Assembly (NCBI GenBank): GCA_001179505.1
Contig: CDMY01000385.1
Location: 62,001-126,000 of the forward strand
Direction: 5' to 3'
From: Vitrella brassicaformis CCMP3155
Taxonomy: Eukaryota > Protista > Chromerida
DNA: 64,000 nt
Part shown: piece by piece, positions 23,789 through 35,100 of the stretch
How positions within the stretch are numbered: position 1 is the first letter of the stretch
Layout of the letters: every line of letters begins with the position of its first letter
Translations under genes and position numbers: made by a program
Notes under the pieces: model-generated
What the model saw: the letters and a program-made list of their open reading frames with translations, nothing else
What the model was told of the DNA's origin: nothing
Database searches by the model: none

Positions 23789-25385
23789 CTACGTCTGCTC
23801 GAGGTTCTCCTCCTCCCCATCACCACCTACAATGCCATCCATGTAGGCAATGACCTCGTCGATCGACGCCCTCCGCCTCTTATTGGGCACGCACATCTTG
23901 TCCCACAGCGCCCTGGCCACCGCCATGTCCACCCTCTCCTCATCCGTCAGCCCACCCACACCCTCGATCCTGTCCAGCAGGTCCAGCAGCCGCTGGTGGC
24001 GCTCGCGCGCCTCGCGGTCACAGGTCTGCAGAAAGCGCTCACGGGAGTACTTGCCCGTCGCCTTGTCGCCCCATTGCTCCGGGATGGTCACAAAGATGTC
24101 CGCCAGCTCGTTGCCCTCCTTCTCCTGACCCGCCTGGAGGGCAGACATGTCCTCCCGCAGGGCAGACAGACCGGCCAGAGCGAGAAACAACACACCTACT
24201 GCGGCGGCATAGGTGTCGCGCGACTGAGGGGAGACAATCCACGCACACAGAGAGAGAAACGATGACAGCAGGATGGATGCCTGCTGGGGTCATCTTGTCT
24301 GCACCTGGTCATCCGGCGAGCCCATCATGCCCCAGTCGCTTTCGGCGATCTCCCTGAAGGCCTCAGGCGGCAAACACTGGATGGGCGGGATCGTCCGCGG
24401 CGCCGACCGGAAGTTGCCCCCACCCACCAGCACCTGAACGCTCTGATAGTCGATGATTCGCGGCCTCAGCAGCGAATCGTACACAAAGTTGTTGTCGTTC
24501 ATGTCGTTGTGGATCAGCAGACGGAAGCCAGCGACAGAGCTATCCTTCTCCCTGATGTACGGTGGCGACGAGCATGTGGCGGAGGGCGGGAGGAACTTGT
24601 GAGTAGGGTGGATGTTGCAGCCCGAGCTGGAGGGCGACTTGACCCCGTCGTGTGTCGCGTGGAAGGCTTTGGTGGCCGCCAGGGTGTCGCGGATCACCTG
24701 CCGATATCGGGCGGGCGAGAGGGCCGATGGGCCGCCGGCTGCTCGAGCAGCCGTGAGGCCGTGGAGAGTGGCCCCTGTCTGGCCCTCCGGCGAGCCTGCA
24801 ACACACAGCCAACACAGTGGAGCATTTCTGTGCTCGGTGTTTCGTGTCCCATCCTTCCTTACGTATGTGCTCCAGCAGCAGAAATGGCCCGCCCAACTCG
24901 ATGTCATCCAACCCATTCGCCTCCTCGCCGTCACTGTTGAGACCTCCCCCCTTCAGCAGCCGCAGTGCGAAGGGCAGGCCGCTATCTCGGCGATCGCCCG
25001 CTGCCCCACTGTCGGCTTCTGCGGTTGCTTTGCGCTTCTCGCGTCGCGTGAGGAGCAGGCGGCCCCTCTCATAAAGCACAGGTCCGATGGGGCAACCGTT
25101 GTTCTCCGTGGTGAAGCGGAAAAGTAGCTCCCCCTCGTCCTCGAGCTCCTGAGTCAGCACCTCCTTTGTGCAGCAGTTGTGGGGGTCTTCCTGGAGGGAG
25201 GCGGGGGTGAGGGTTTTGAGCAGGACGTCGGCTGGTCCTTTGCTGGTGTCGATGGTGCCCTCGATGTAGATGAACTCGTCATTTTTGTGCACGTAGCGGC
25301 CGGAGCACCGCAGCGTGTCTAGAAGAGGGTAGGGCGTGCTGCTCCATGAAGGCTGGGGAGGCTGGAAGTGTGTGTGCGGGGCCAT
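23789..25385 (-). CDS. Divergent protein kinase-fold protein (non-RD, atypical loops), 3 coding exons
   Basis: Subdomain II VLLK, III KEV, hinge LLLEHI, catalytic loop LIHNDMNDNNF (HxDxxxxN), IIDYQ in place of DFG, LPPE, SRDTYAAAV (IX) and NKRRRAS (XI). Introns are phase-consistent. TAG at 23789. Confidence 0.75.
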
Positions 25386-25460
25386 ACCGTCAGTTGCCTG
25401 GAATGAGTGGAAAGAAAGCACCTCGTTTCATCCATCCTGCGTCCACATAGTAGGGGTTTC

Positions 25461-25482
25461 ATGCAGGGTTCGAACCCTGCAT
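25461..25482. promoter_or_regulatory. Perfect 22-bp palindrome ATGCAGGGTTCGAACCCTGCAT containing a Pol III B-box consensus match (GGTTCGANNCC)
   Basis: Read directly; lies between the divergent kinase and CWF19L2 starts. Function is not shown. Confidence 0.6.
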
Positions 25483-25601
25483 TCCAAACCCTGCACTTAC
25501 TGGAGGAACCACACATGTTTGCGGGAGTCAAAGTCGTGGTGAGAGTCAGCAGGAGGCAGTGAGAAGTGTCTTGGATCTCTTACCGTCTTCTTGCTTGTGT
25601 T
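25470..25601 (-). repeat. Copy A of a duplicated 5'-end module (inverted relative to copy B at 50732-50881)
   Basis: Reverse complement of 25601-25508 matches 50732-50825 at 90/94 nt (first 57 nt identical). Reverse complement of 25504-25470 matches 50847-50881 at 32/35 nt. There is a net 18-nt indel between the two blocks. Confidence 0.97.
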
Positions 25602-28600
25602 GTCAGAGCCAAGATGGCGACGGGCGGCGGAAGAAGTCCAAGAAGGACAAGAAGTCCAAGAAGAGCCGCAGACGGGATGACGATGCGTCAGACTCATCAG
25701 GAGATGACGCTGCTCTCGCTGCAGCTCCCGATGTAGACGCCAAGGTACGAAGCACTCGATGAGTGAGGAATGATCAACCCAGTGAGTGGCTTCTGGTGCG
25801 GGTGCTGCTGTGCTTCATGCAGGATGGCGATTCGCGAGGCGCACGGGACGACTGGATGCTCTCGAACAAGGAGGTGAGGGAGCCAGATGACGGCACTCGA
25901 CCATCGATTGGTTGCTGATACATACATGGCTCGGTGTGCTGGCTATCAGGATGGCGATGCGTGGCTTGATTCGTTGGGCAGTGAGGTCAAGAAACCAGAC
26001 ATACTCGAGGAGAAGAGGAAACAGCAGGAAGCGGTAGGGACGATAGATAAACACACACACACACACACAGTCCCACACAGTCACACCAGTCTGGCTGGTG
26101 GTGGATGGACTTGTGCTTATCTGCAGGCTGAGAAGGCCATCCATCCCCTGGAGCTCAACCCGTACCTTCGCAAGCCACCAGAAGGTGACCGACCACACGC
26201 GGCCGTCTCTCTGACCACACCGAAGAGTTCGAAACTCTCTGCCATTTGACGTGTCATCAGGTGGCGAGAGGCCAGGCGAGACTCCCGAATCAGACGGCCC
26301 CTCGTCTGGCGCCGGCAACGTCCCCGCACACCTGTGTGTGGGCGACGGCGGACGCAGGTGGCGAAACAGAGCCATCAGGCGCGCTAAGGAACAGGTATGT
26401 TGCCGGCCGACTACACGTGCCTGTTGAAGGGCTTCCTGTCAGTCTTTCCTGTCGTTTCTCATGCGTCAGGCTGAGGCCACTGGTGCCTCTGTGGATGAGG
26501 TCGTGGGCGAGCATTTCGGGGAGGGCTTCCGCGAGCGTGACAGGCGTGACGACAGGGGCGGGGACGACAGGGGCAGGGACCACAGGGGGAGGGGTGACAG
26601 GGGGTGGGAGAGGAGGAGGGATCGCAACAGGGACTGGGAGGACCGCAGAGATCGCAGAGACGACGATCGCGACTGGAGAGAACGGAGGAGAGACCAGGGT
26701 GGGCTGACACGCGCTGGGAGAGTGCACCCATCATAGACACACATGCACACCTGTATGGCCTGTTTATTGTCCGTGCAGATTCGTCTGATCGGAGGGAGCG
26801 TCGCGGGCAGGGCTGGCGGAGGTCGCAGGACGACAGGCGGGAGACCGACGGCCCCAGCAGCGACAGACCCCCGCCCCCCTCCAACGGCCAGCCAGCCCCC
26901 ATGGATGTCGACGAGTCCCCGATGGACCATTTCACCGCCCTTAAGGCGAGATACACGCCTGCCGCGCAAGAAGCGCAGCCGTCACAAGACGACCAGCAGC
27001 CAGAGACCTCTGAGAAGCCCAGAGGCGAGGAGGAGGGGGGCGCGGCGGACTACTCGAGCATGAATGCAAACGAGCTGTCTTCGCTAGCGATGAAGGCCAT
27101 GTTGGCGGGCAACATGGACGAGTACCACCGGCTGAACGCGGCGCTCAAGCTGAAACAGACCAGCGACCACCTCAAGCCGAAGGCCCCCACCCCTGAGCAG
27201 CCGTCCGGTGCACGTGCCGGCGCCAGTGCTGGCGGTGCTGGTCAGCGCGTCGAGGTCATCGAGGAAGTGGACAGTGCCGGTGAGAGAGGACGTGCACAGC
27301 ACAGACGGTGTGCGACGAGCGGTCCCTATGTATGTTTGTGTCGTGGTGTCAGGTCGCATGCGGACAATGGTGTCATCCGTGGCTCAGTCTTCCGCCCTGG
27401 CCAAGGGCAAGAAACGCCTCACACACGAAGAGGGAAAGAGGTAAGCGCCCCACCGACACACCACGCAGTACCAAACGCGCCTATCGCTGCACCATCGTCA
27501 ATTGTGTCTGTGTGTTTCCGTTCCAGCTACTATGCGGATGATGCGGTGTCGCTGGAGCAGCTGCTGCGCCGCGAGAAGGTGGAGGGCGTGCAGGACTATG
27601 ACGCCAACTACGCGGGATACATTGTCAGAAAGTAAGACAGCCCGGTCACAATCAACGCAGGAGGGGGGCCCGCCATTGATCCGCGTCTGTGGGTGTTGCC
27701 TGTCTGTCGTAGGGGCAAGCGCTTCAAGGAGCTCCATGAGGATGAGGACGAGAGCTATGCTTTGGGGCGATATGAGTCGCGGGAAAAGGTGGCCGACCCG
27801 CGCAAGAAGGCACACAAGGAGCGGCAGAGGCTCGTACGAGACAAACAACGGCTGCAAAAGAAGAGGTTAGCCGACCTTCTCGCACACGTGCACCCATCGT
27901 GTGCACTGCATGGTTTGTCTGTTGTGCGTGTGGTGATGCAGTGCGGATTGCTCGTTCTGCATGGAAAGCGACAAGTTCGCTGGGCGTCTCGACTGCCTCA
28001 TATCGCAGTCGTTCAAGGTGTATCTGTGCTTCCAGTCCTTCAGCCAGGCCTCCTTCGACCCCCACCTCTTCATCGCACCCATCCCCCACGTCGGCAGCGT
28101 CACCAACCTGGACGAGGACGTCTACGACGAGCTGCGCAACTACCAGAAGTGCCTGGTGCGCTACTTCGACGCCCGCAACCAGGCGCCCATCTTCATCGAG
28201 ACGGTGCGGTTCTTCGTCTCGCCCGAGAAGGCCATGATGGGCGGCGGGCCGCACACCATTGTGGAGGTGGTTGCCGTGCCGGCCGACAGGCTGCAGGAGG
28301 CCAAGACCTACTTCAGCAAGGCCTTCGGCGAGAGCGGGTCCGAGTGGTCGCAGAACAAGAAGATCGTGCCGACGAGCGGCAAGACCGGAGTGAGGGGTCG
28401 CATACCGAAGAACTTCCCCTACGTCCACGTCGACTTCTCGCTGAGTGAGGAGGACTGAGACCTACTAGTGTGCTGGGAGGTGAATGAAATCGGTGTCTGT
28501 GTATGTGTCAGCTGAGGGCCTGGGCCACGTCATTGAGGATACCGAGGAGTTCCCCAGGTATGTGAGTCGGAAGCCACCCGGCATACGAGCGGATGGCACA

Positions 28601-28847
28601 TGGCTGCGCGTATGGGTGTGTCAGGAACTTTGCTCGTGACGTGCTGCTGGGCATGTTGGAGATGACCTCGATGGACAAACCGTTCGTCGACAAAAAGTAA
28701 GTGCTGGAGAGCAGGTCTACGATGCTCAGGCAATCGCTGTGCATGGGCACCTCCCTGTATGTGTGTGTGTGCAGGTCGTTCTACGCGGCTGTCAAGGCGT
28801 TCAAGGAGGGCTTCCAGCCATTCGACTGGACGGCCGCCCTCAAGTAG
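25515..28847 (+). CDS. CWF19L2: CWF19-like protein 2 (CwfJ C-terminal domains; spliceosome-associated); multi-exon
   Basis: Exon 1 MFAGVKVV (25515-25538) splices through intron 25539-25606 in phase 0 to SQDGDGRRKKSKK. Later motifs: HPLELNPY, VGDGGRRW, ELSSLAMKAMLAGNMDEY, DCSFCMES, HLFIAPIPH, DEDVYDELRNYQKCL, HTIVEVVAVP, EWSQNKK, PKNFPYVHVDF, GHVIED, FQPFDWT. TAG at 28845-28847. Confidence 0.9.
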
Positions 28848-29152
28848 ACCATATGACAGGGCAAACATCGGCAGGCAGCCAGTGGATGCCCCAGTAAGTG
28901 GATGAGTGGTCGTGCTGGGGTACATAAGTGTGTGTGCATTTTTCTCGTCGATGCGTTGACGACAGACCGTTTCGATTGATCCTGTGCGAGAGACAATGCC
29001 ATGCATACACTCCCTCGTGTAAAGGGATGTGTTTGTCGAAGATGTGATGAAGCCATTGCCCCATCCCCCTGGTCACCCTGCCATTCATGATCCACCAACC
29101 CAATAGTGCCCACCCACCAGCCACCAGCTGCCTGCCTGCCTGGCTGCCTCAT

Positions 29153-30250
29153 TTACGCTTCCTGTTCCTCGCCCTCCCCTTCCTCCGAGTCATCCTCGTC
29201 CAGTTCCTCTTCAGGCAGCGCTCCCTTCGCCCAGTCATACAGCCGCCTCACCTCTTCCTGCAACGCTCTGTACTCGGTGGCGTGCTGCAGCTCCGCATAG
29301 GTGGGCCGCTTGGCCACGTCAGGCCTCTCAGCTGCAGAGACACCAGTCAGCACATGTGGTCTGTCGGTTCCTTTCGTCTTTCGTTTGTCACCTTTGAAGG
29401 CCTTCCACTTTGTCGTCAAGGCAGAGATGTTCCTCGGGTGGTCGCCGTGAACAAAGGTGGACCCCGGCACCAAGCCGGGCTCCTTGTAGTAGCCCGGCTG
29501 GTAGGCCACGGCTCTGTAGGGCTTGTCACCGCTCGATTGGACGGTCACACCCGCTCTCTTCTCGCCAAATCTGTCCTTAAACTCACGCCGTTTTCTCGTC
29601 ATTTCTGCCACGAATGGCCGCTCTTGCCCCCTCCTGCGTGGAAAAATGATTGATTCCATTCGAATGAGACATGCTCTGTTGGAATACCTGTCCGCGGCCC
29701 GCGTAGTGTCATCAATCATGACGGTCTGGAGGCCTTGCGCCAAATCATCCATGCAGACGCCGGCAAAGGGATTGTTTGGCGTGATGTGTCTCCTCTCGGC
29801 TCTCTTCTTGGTGGCTGGGACGTAAGGCAACTTGCTTATCTTGGTCACCGGCTCATCCCATTTGTTCCTGGGTGGGGTGCTCTGATGCGGAGGGACCACA
29901 ATCCTGCCCACACGCAACAGACAGCCACAATCGACGCTCGTCGACTCTTCCCCCATCGATATCCAGGTCGTGCTGCCTGACCTACCTGCGCGATGGCCTG
30001 AAGAGGACCGCTGCCTCCGTTCCCCCATACACCTCTGATTGGACGAATCATGCCAAGTGACAGTGAATACTATTCATGTGGATCTCAGCCCAGCCCTAGC
30101 TACCTGCGTCCACGACGCGCTTCCTCCCCCCCATGTGCTGGTGCACAAGCCCCGACGGGTCTCGGAAGAAGCCGTCAAAGCCCACCCTCGTCAGGGTGCT
30201 GTGCTTTGCAGGCTGATCCACCATCCCCTTGCTGCCCGGAACCATCCATT
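29153..30250 (-). CDS. Uncharacterised multi-exon protein with acidic C-terminal tail; 5' end unresolved
   Basis: Long open frame with coding-like content (NKWDEPVTKISKLPYVP, RAVAYQPGYYKEPGLVPGSTF, YAELQHATEYRALQEEVRRLYDW, EEELDEDDSEEGEGEE) and embedded GT-AG introns. I could not join the upstream exons unambiguously. Confidence 0.55.
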
Positions 30251-30699
30251 TGCACGGGCGGGTGATGGGGTCTGACCGCATTCTCACCCCATCTGCGACA
30301 GAAAGAGGGGGAGGGGCCTCTGCTTCTCGTCTCTCGCAGGGAGAACTCGTGGAGGCAGGCAGGGCATCGCAGATGGGTGGTGGCAGCGCCTCTTGGCTCC
30401 CCTCCATCAGTGTCCGTGCGTTTGCTCTTTTCGGGCGCGAGCTCAATCTCACTGCTGATCGATCTGGGAGCTTTCGAATTGAAAGCTCAGATGGTGCACG
30501 ACGTCGAGCGCCCCGCCACCATGAGCAGGTGCGGTGGTGGCGGATTCGCTGCCTTGGGAGCTCCGAAGTGAATGGACGGTGCGGTTACTCTTTCTGCTTT
30601 GGCCAAGATGCCATGACCTAGCAGTGGTCGCATGTATCGCCATTGATTGGATGTCTATCCTCTTGTCTGTTTCTTCTTCTATGTGGCACATCACCTCCC

Positions 30700-32076
30700 C
30701 CTTGCAGCTACCGTGTGTGACGCTCTAGGCCATATCGACAGATGGGCTTCCGCCCGTAAGAGGAGCACACATGACGATATGGCCCACACCATCCCACACG
30801 TAAGCGCGGCAGCTCACCATCACTCACAGCATCTTTTTCCCTCCCTCGCCGCCCTCCTGCCCCACCCATCCATTTGCCTGCCTGCCTGCCTGCATTCCTG
30901 CCATGCCCTTCGATGTATCTCGCAGCGAGAAAAAACACAGCGACGATCGATCGTCAGTCAGCACATGCATGCACGGATGCAACGCACGACCTCGCTACTT
31001 CACTCCAGGCTATCAATCAATCAAGGCAGCGCATGTATAGTGAAGGAAGGGACACAGCTCGCTCATTCAATGTACGGGGCAGCAGTACAAGGCAGGCTAC
31101 ACATACGCGTGTCACCGATCCGTTGTCCGTCTGTCGGTCTGTCTGTCTGTGTCGCTCCTCTCCCCTGCTCTCCCCTGCCCTCATCCCCTGGCCAGTCATG
31201 CAGCCGGTACATAGTACACAGAAAACACCACTACCATTCCTCTCGCGTCGTTCCTGTCCTCGGCTTCCTCTTCCTGATCGATCGACGCATCCCATCTGAT
31301 GTCGGTCTGTGTCTCTGTCCCCCGTTCTGCATGGACCCTAGGAAAGCCAGTACTGCCCGTGTTTAGGCGTACCGGTCAACCGCAGGAGGTCCAAGCAGAC
31401 ACCGGGCGACTCACACGACCCCATCCATTCATCACCAGTGCGCTCTCTCAGCATACGTACATACGCAAACACAAAACACCACCCTCACAGACGCAGACAA
31501 GTCGTGCTCTTCCGTCATCGTGTGTCCCATCATCGAGATAGCTCCCGTTTGCCTCTGTCTGCCTGGCTCGTCGACGACTGCATGAGGAAACGCAAAAACT
31601 CGACGTCAGTCCGTCGGTATGCATCTCAGCAGCTTGGTAGGTAGCTTGGTATGGGTTGGCTTACACCATTCTCTCTCCACACACGTGCACTCTCTGTCAG
31701 GCCACTCGGGAAGAGGTCAGACGGTCAGTCAGTCGGTCAGTCAGTACACAGGGATGTACAGCAAAAAGTTGCCACGGTAGGAGGGACGGATCGAAGCAGT
31801 CGATTGACACCCTCCTGATATTGGCTGATTGGCCTCAGCCACATCGCATCAGCCAGCATGGAGCACGGACAACATGCATGCACAGGCAAGCATGGATGCA
31901 TTCATGGGATGGAAGCAGAAATCAGCCAGCCGGCCAGCTAGCCGGCAGCGCCAGTCGATCGATCGATCGGTCGATAGCATATCAAGTGTAGCCTTATCCA
32001 CCCACCTGCCGGCAGGGGCGGTGTGGCACCCTGCTGTCAGACATGACGTGCACGAGACATGACGACACGACCTCAA

Positions 32077-32109
<33 letters not shown>

Positions 32110-35100
32110 TACACATACACTTACGTACAGGTAAACACGCACACACATGTACACAGGTAAGTAGGTCATATGTGAGTGGGTAGCTAGGTAGGTAGGTAGA
32201 TAGTACGCGTGTCACGTACTCATGCGGTAGACAATATACGTACACATAAAACACACACACACACACACACGCAAAGCCAAATTAGGACGCCCTCCTCCCT
32301 TTCCCCCCAAAATGCACGCACGACACAGACACAGACACAGACAGCACCATACCACATCATTCATACACAAAAGGTAGAACACAAAGCCGGCAAACAGCGC
32401 CGCCCGCCCGCCCGCCCGCTATCCAATCATCTGTCTCTTCTGCATCATCAACCTCGTCACGCAGCAAAAAGCATAGCGTATATCTCTCTCCCTGTCCTGT
32501 CTTGCTCGGTTCTCTTGTACATGCATGCTTACCAAATTCAGTGTCGTTGCGCCGCACCAGCTATGTTTGCTGGCTTGGGCAAGCATATCAACAGGCATGC
32601 GTCCATCATCCATCGATCGGTGCGTCACACATTCCAACCTTCTTCCCTTTTGCTTGTCTCTATCTCGCTCGATCATGGCAAGTGAGTAAGTAACAAATCG
32701 TCGGCAGCAAAACCATCCATTCCATGCAAGCAAAGGCACTCACACCAAAGCACACATGTATGACCTGGCTACGGAGACCGTTCACATCACATCACAACAC
32801 AGCACGTAACGCAATGCACGCAATGCAAAACAGCCATCCAGGATTGACAAGATTGACATCGGCCCGTTCGCCAGCACCCTGCCGCATTCGTCCATTTGCC
32901 CATCCGTCCTGAAGCAGGCAGCAAAACCCCCCGACACACCATCCGATCCGACAACACACACACACGGACACACACACACACACACACAGAGCTTCCGAAT
33001 TTCCTTCTAGGACAGACAGGCGGACACGCAGAGAGCATGCAGAGAATGAGATGTAATGCCGTGGGTGGCAGGTGACAGTTCTGTACTTACACGACCGAGG
33101 TCCCTGAGAAGCAAAACGGGCAGACACGCAGCGAGTCAGGCAAGAGAGAGCCTGAAATCGACGAGTAGAAAGTAACACGACAGCGAGTGACTGAGAGGCG
33201 AGAAAAAGAGTGTGTGCGTGTGTGCGTAAGGGGCGAGTTGAGACGAGAGACACAGGCGAGCGAGCGAGTGAGCAACAGGATGAGCCAGGCAGCACAAATG
33301 ACTGTCCTGAGACGGTAGTGAACTTCACGGTAAGCAGTGGAATGACACAGAAAAGGCTGACTTCCGGCCGACTCACTCACCTTGCCTCGACTAACTAGCT
33401 GATTAAACTCTGGGTGGGTGAGAGAGGTGAGCTGAGCGGGTGGCGGGGTGGCATGGAGTGGAATGGAGCAAGGGAAGGAGTCATCACAAATATGCCAGAC
33501 AGTGAGGAGCACGTCACGCGAGAGAGAGAGATGGAAACAGACGAACAGACAGCAGTTGGACTGAGAGCGAGCGATTGATCGGTGGATGGAGGCACAGCGG
33601 CTCGTGTATCTCAGCAAGATATGCAAGATGGATGAACTAGCCAGCCAGCCAGCTATAGACTATAAAATGTGATCGATGCATGTGTACGTAGTATACGTAA
33701 TACGTAGGCGGATATGTATACATACGTACGCAGGCCGATATGTATGCGTATGTATGTATATGTATGTGTATGTGGATGTGTGTGTAGAGACAGACGTGTA
33801 CATATATGCATATGTATGTATGTAACGAGACATTACGTACGCGTGTGTGGTGGTTAATTGCTGCCTCTGTCCGTCGGGGTCGGTGTCGGCAGAGACGGCA
33901 TACACGGCAGGCAGGCACACCGAAAAGCAACCAAAGAAAGACCGAAACAGCAAGAAACATGGGCGGCGCGTATACGTGCATAAATACGTAACATACGTAT
34001 GGAGGGATGTGTATGCGTGTGTCAGTGGATGGCGAAAAAAACCTCCTCTGCCCGTCCCACCCTGGTCTCCCCTCCCCCCCTCGGTCACATCACCGCACTA
34101 AAGGCATCGCACGCCACGCACTCCGCCCGCCCATCCATCGATCGATCAGGTCAAGCAAAGGATTGATTGAGAGAGCAATGACACGTTGCCGGTGGTTCTA
34201 CGAACACAACACCTGTAGAAACCTGTCAAAGCCCTCTCTACACACCACACCACACCCACGCACGCACGCACGCACGCACGCACACATGTAAGCAAGCAAG
34301 AGTGTCCTACAGACCGGCCCTACAGGTGTCAAAAAAACTAGGTGAACTAGGTAGGCAGGTATGGCAGGCAGATTATCGAGGGAAGAGCTGTGCTCTGGAA
34401 GGCACACTGACGTGGTGGACGGGCAAAGCAGAGATCTGAGAGCATACCTTGCTAGCACACCACCCACGCACACGGAGAAGCCATCGCAGTCCCACATACA
34501 CACACGCTGAGGCACAGACCAGACATGAAGAACCACCTGGCTCGCCATACACACACAGGGGAGTGAAACCTGGTGCAGACAGGCAGGCAGTGAGGCAGTC
34601 GGTATGAATGAATCGAGCAAGCGATTGGTTGGTCGGGAGTCGGCTGCTCCCGACCGGTAGACACAGGCAGACAGACGAGCGAGACACTACACGCCCCTCT
34701 AGCTAGCCGTGGGGCGTCCATACATCCGTCCATCGTATACACGCATTGGTACTCATCGGCACAAGACACCAAGGGAAGGGCAGACAGGCAGGACAGACAG
34801 GTAGACGGGCAAACATCGCCCGAGAGATGATAGAGCCTCGCTGTCAGCGTGCGTGCGTGCGTCAGTGCGTGCTGCGTCCACCACGGTCACATGCATGGAC
34901 GCACAGAACCACTAAATTCAGAAAAAGGCTGACTCAACCAGTTCGTGTGGTGGGCGTGGGTGGGTGGTGGGTGGGCGTGGGTGGGTGGGTGGGTGGTGTG
35001 TGTGGTGGATAAGCAAATCGTGGGGTGAGTATCTGTGTCTGTGTGTGGGCGGGTGGGTGGGTGCGTATAAACAATGGCGGGGTGCGGTGCGTCGCGTGTG

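Noticed and set aside
25461-25482. GGTTCGAACC as the T-arm of a tRNA gene or tRNA-derived SINE
   Set aside because: No acceptor stem, D-arm, anticodon arm or A-box at the proper spacing. It is a palindrome rather than a cloverleaf.
25614-25740. ATG at 25614 as the CWF19L2 start
   Set aside because: That frame stops after about 40 codons. The coding frame is entered by splicing from the 25515 exon.
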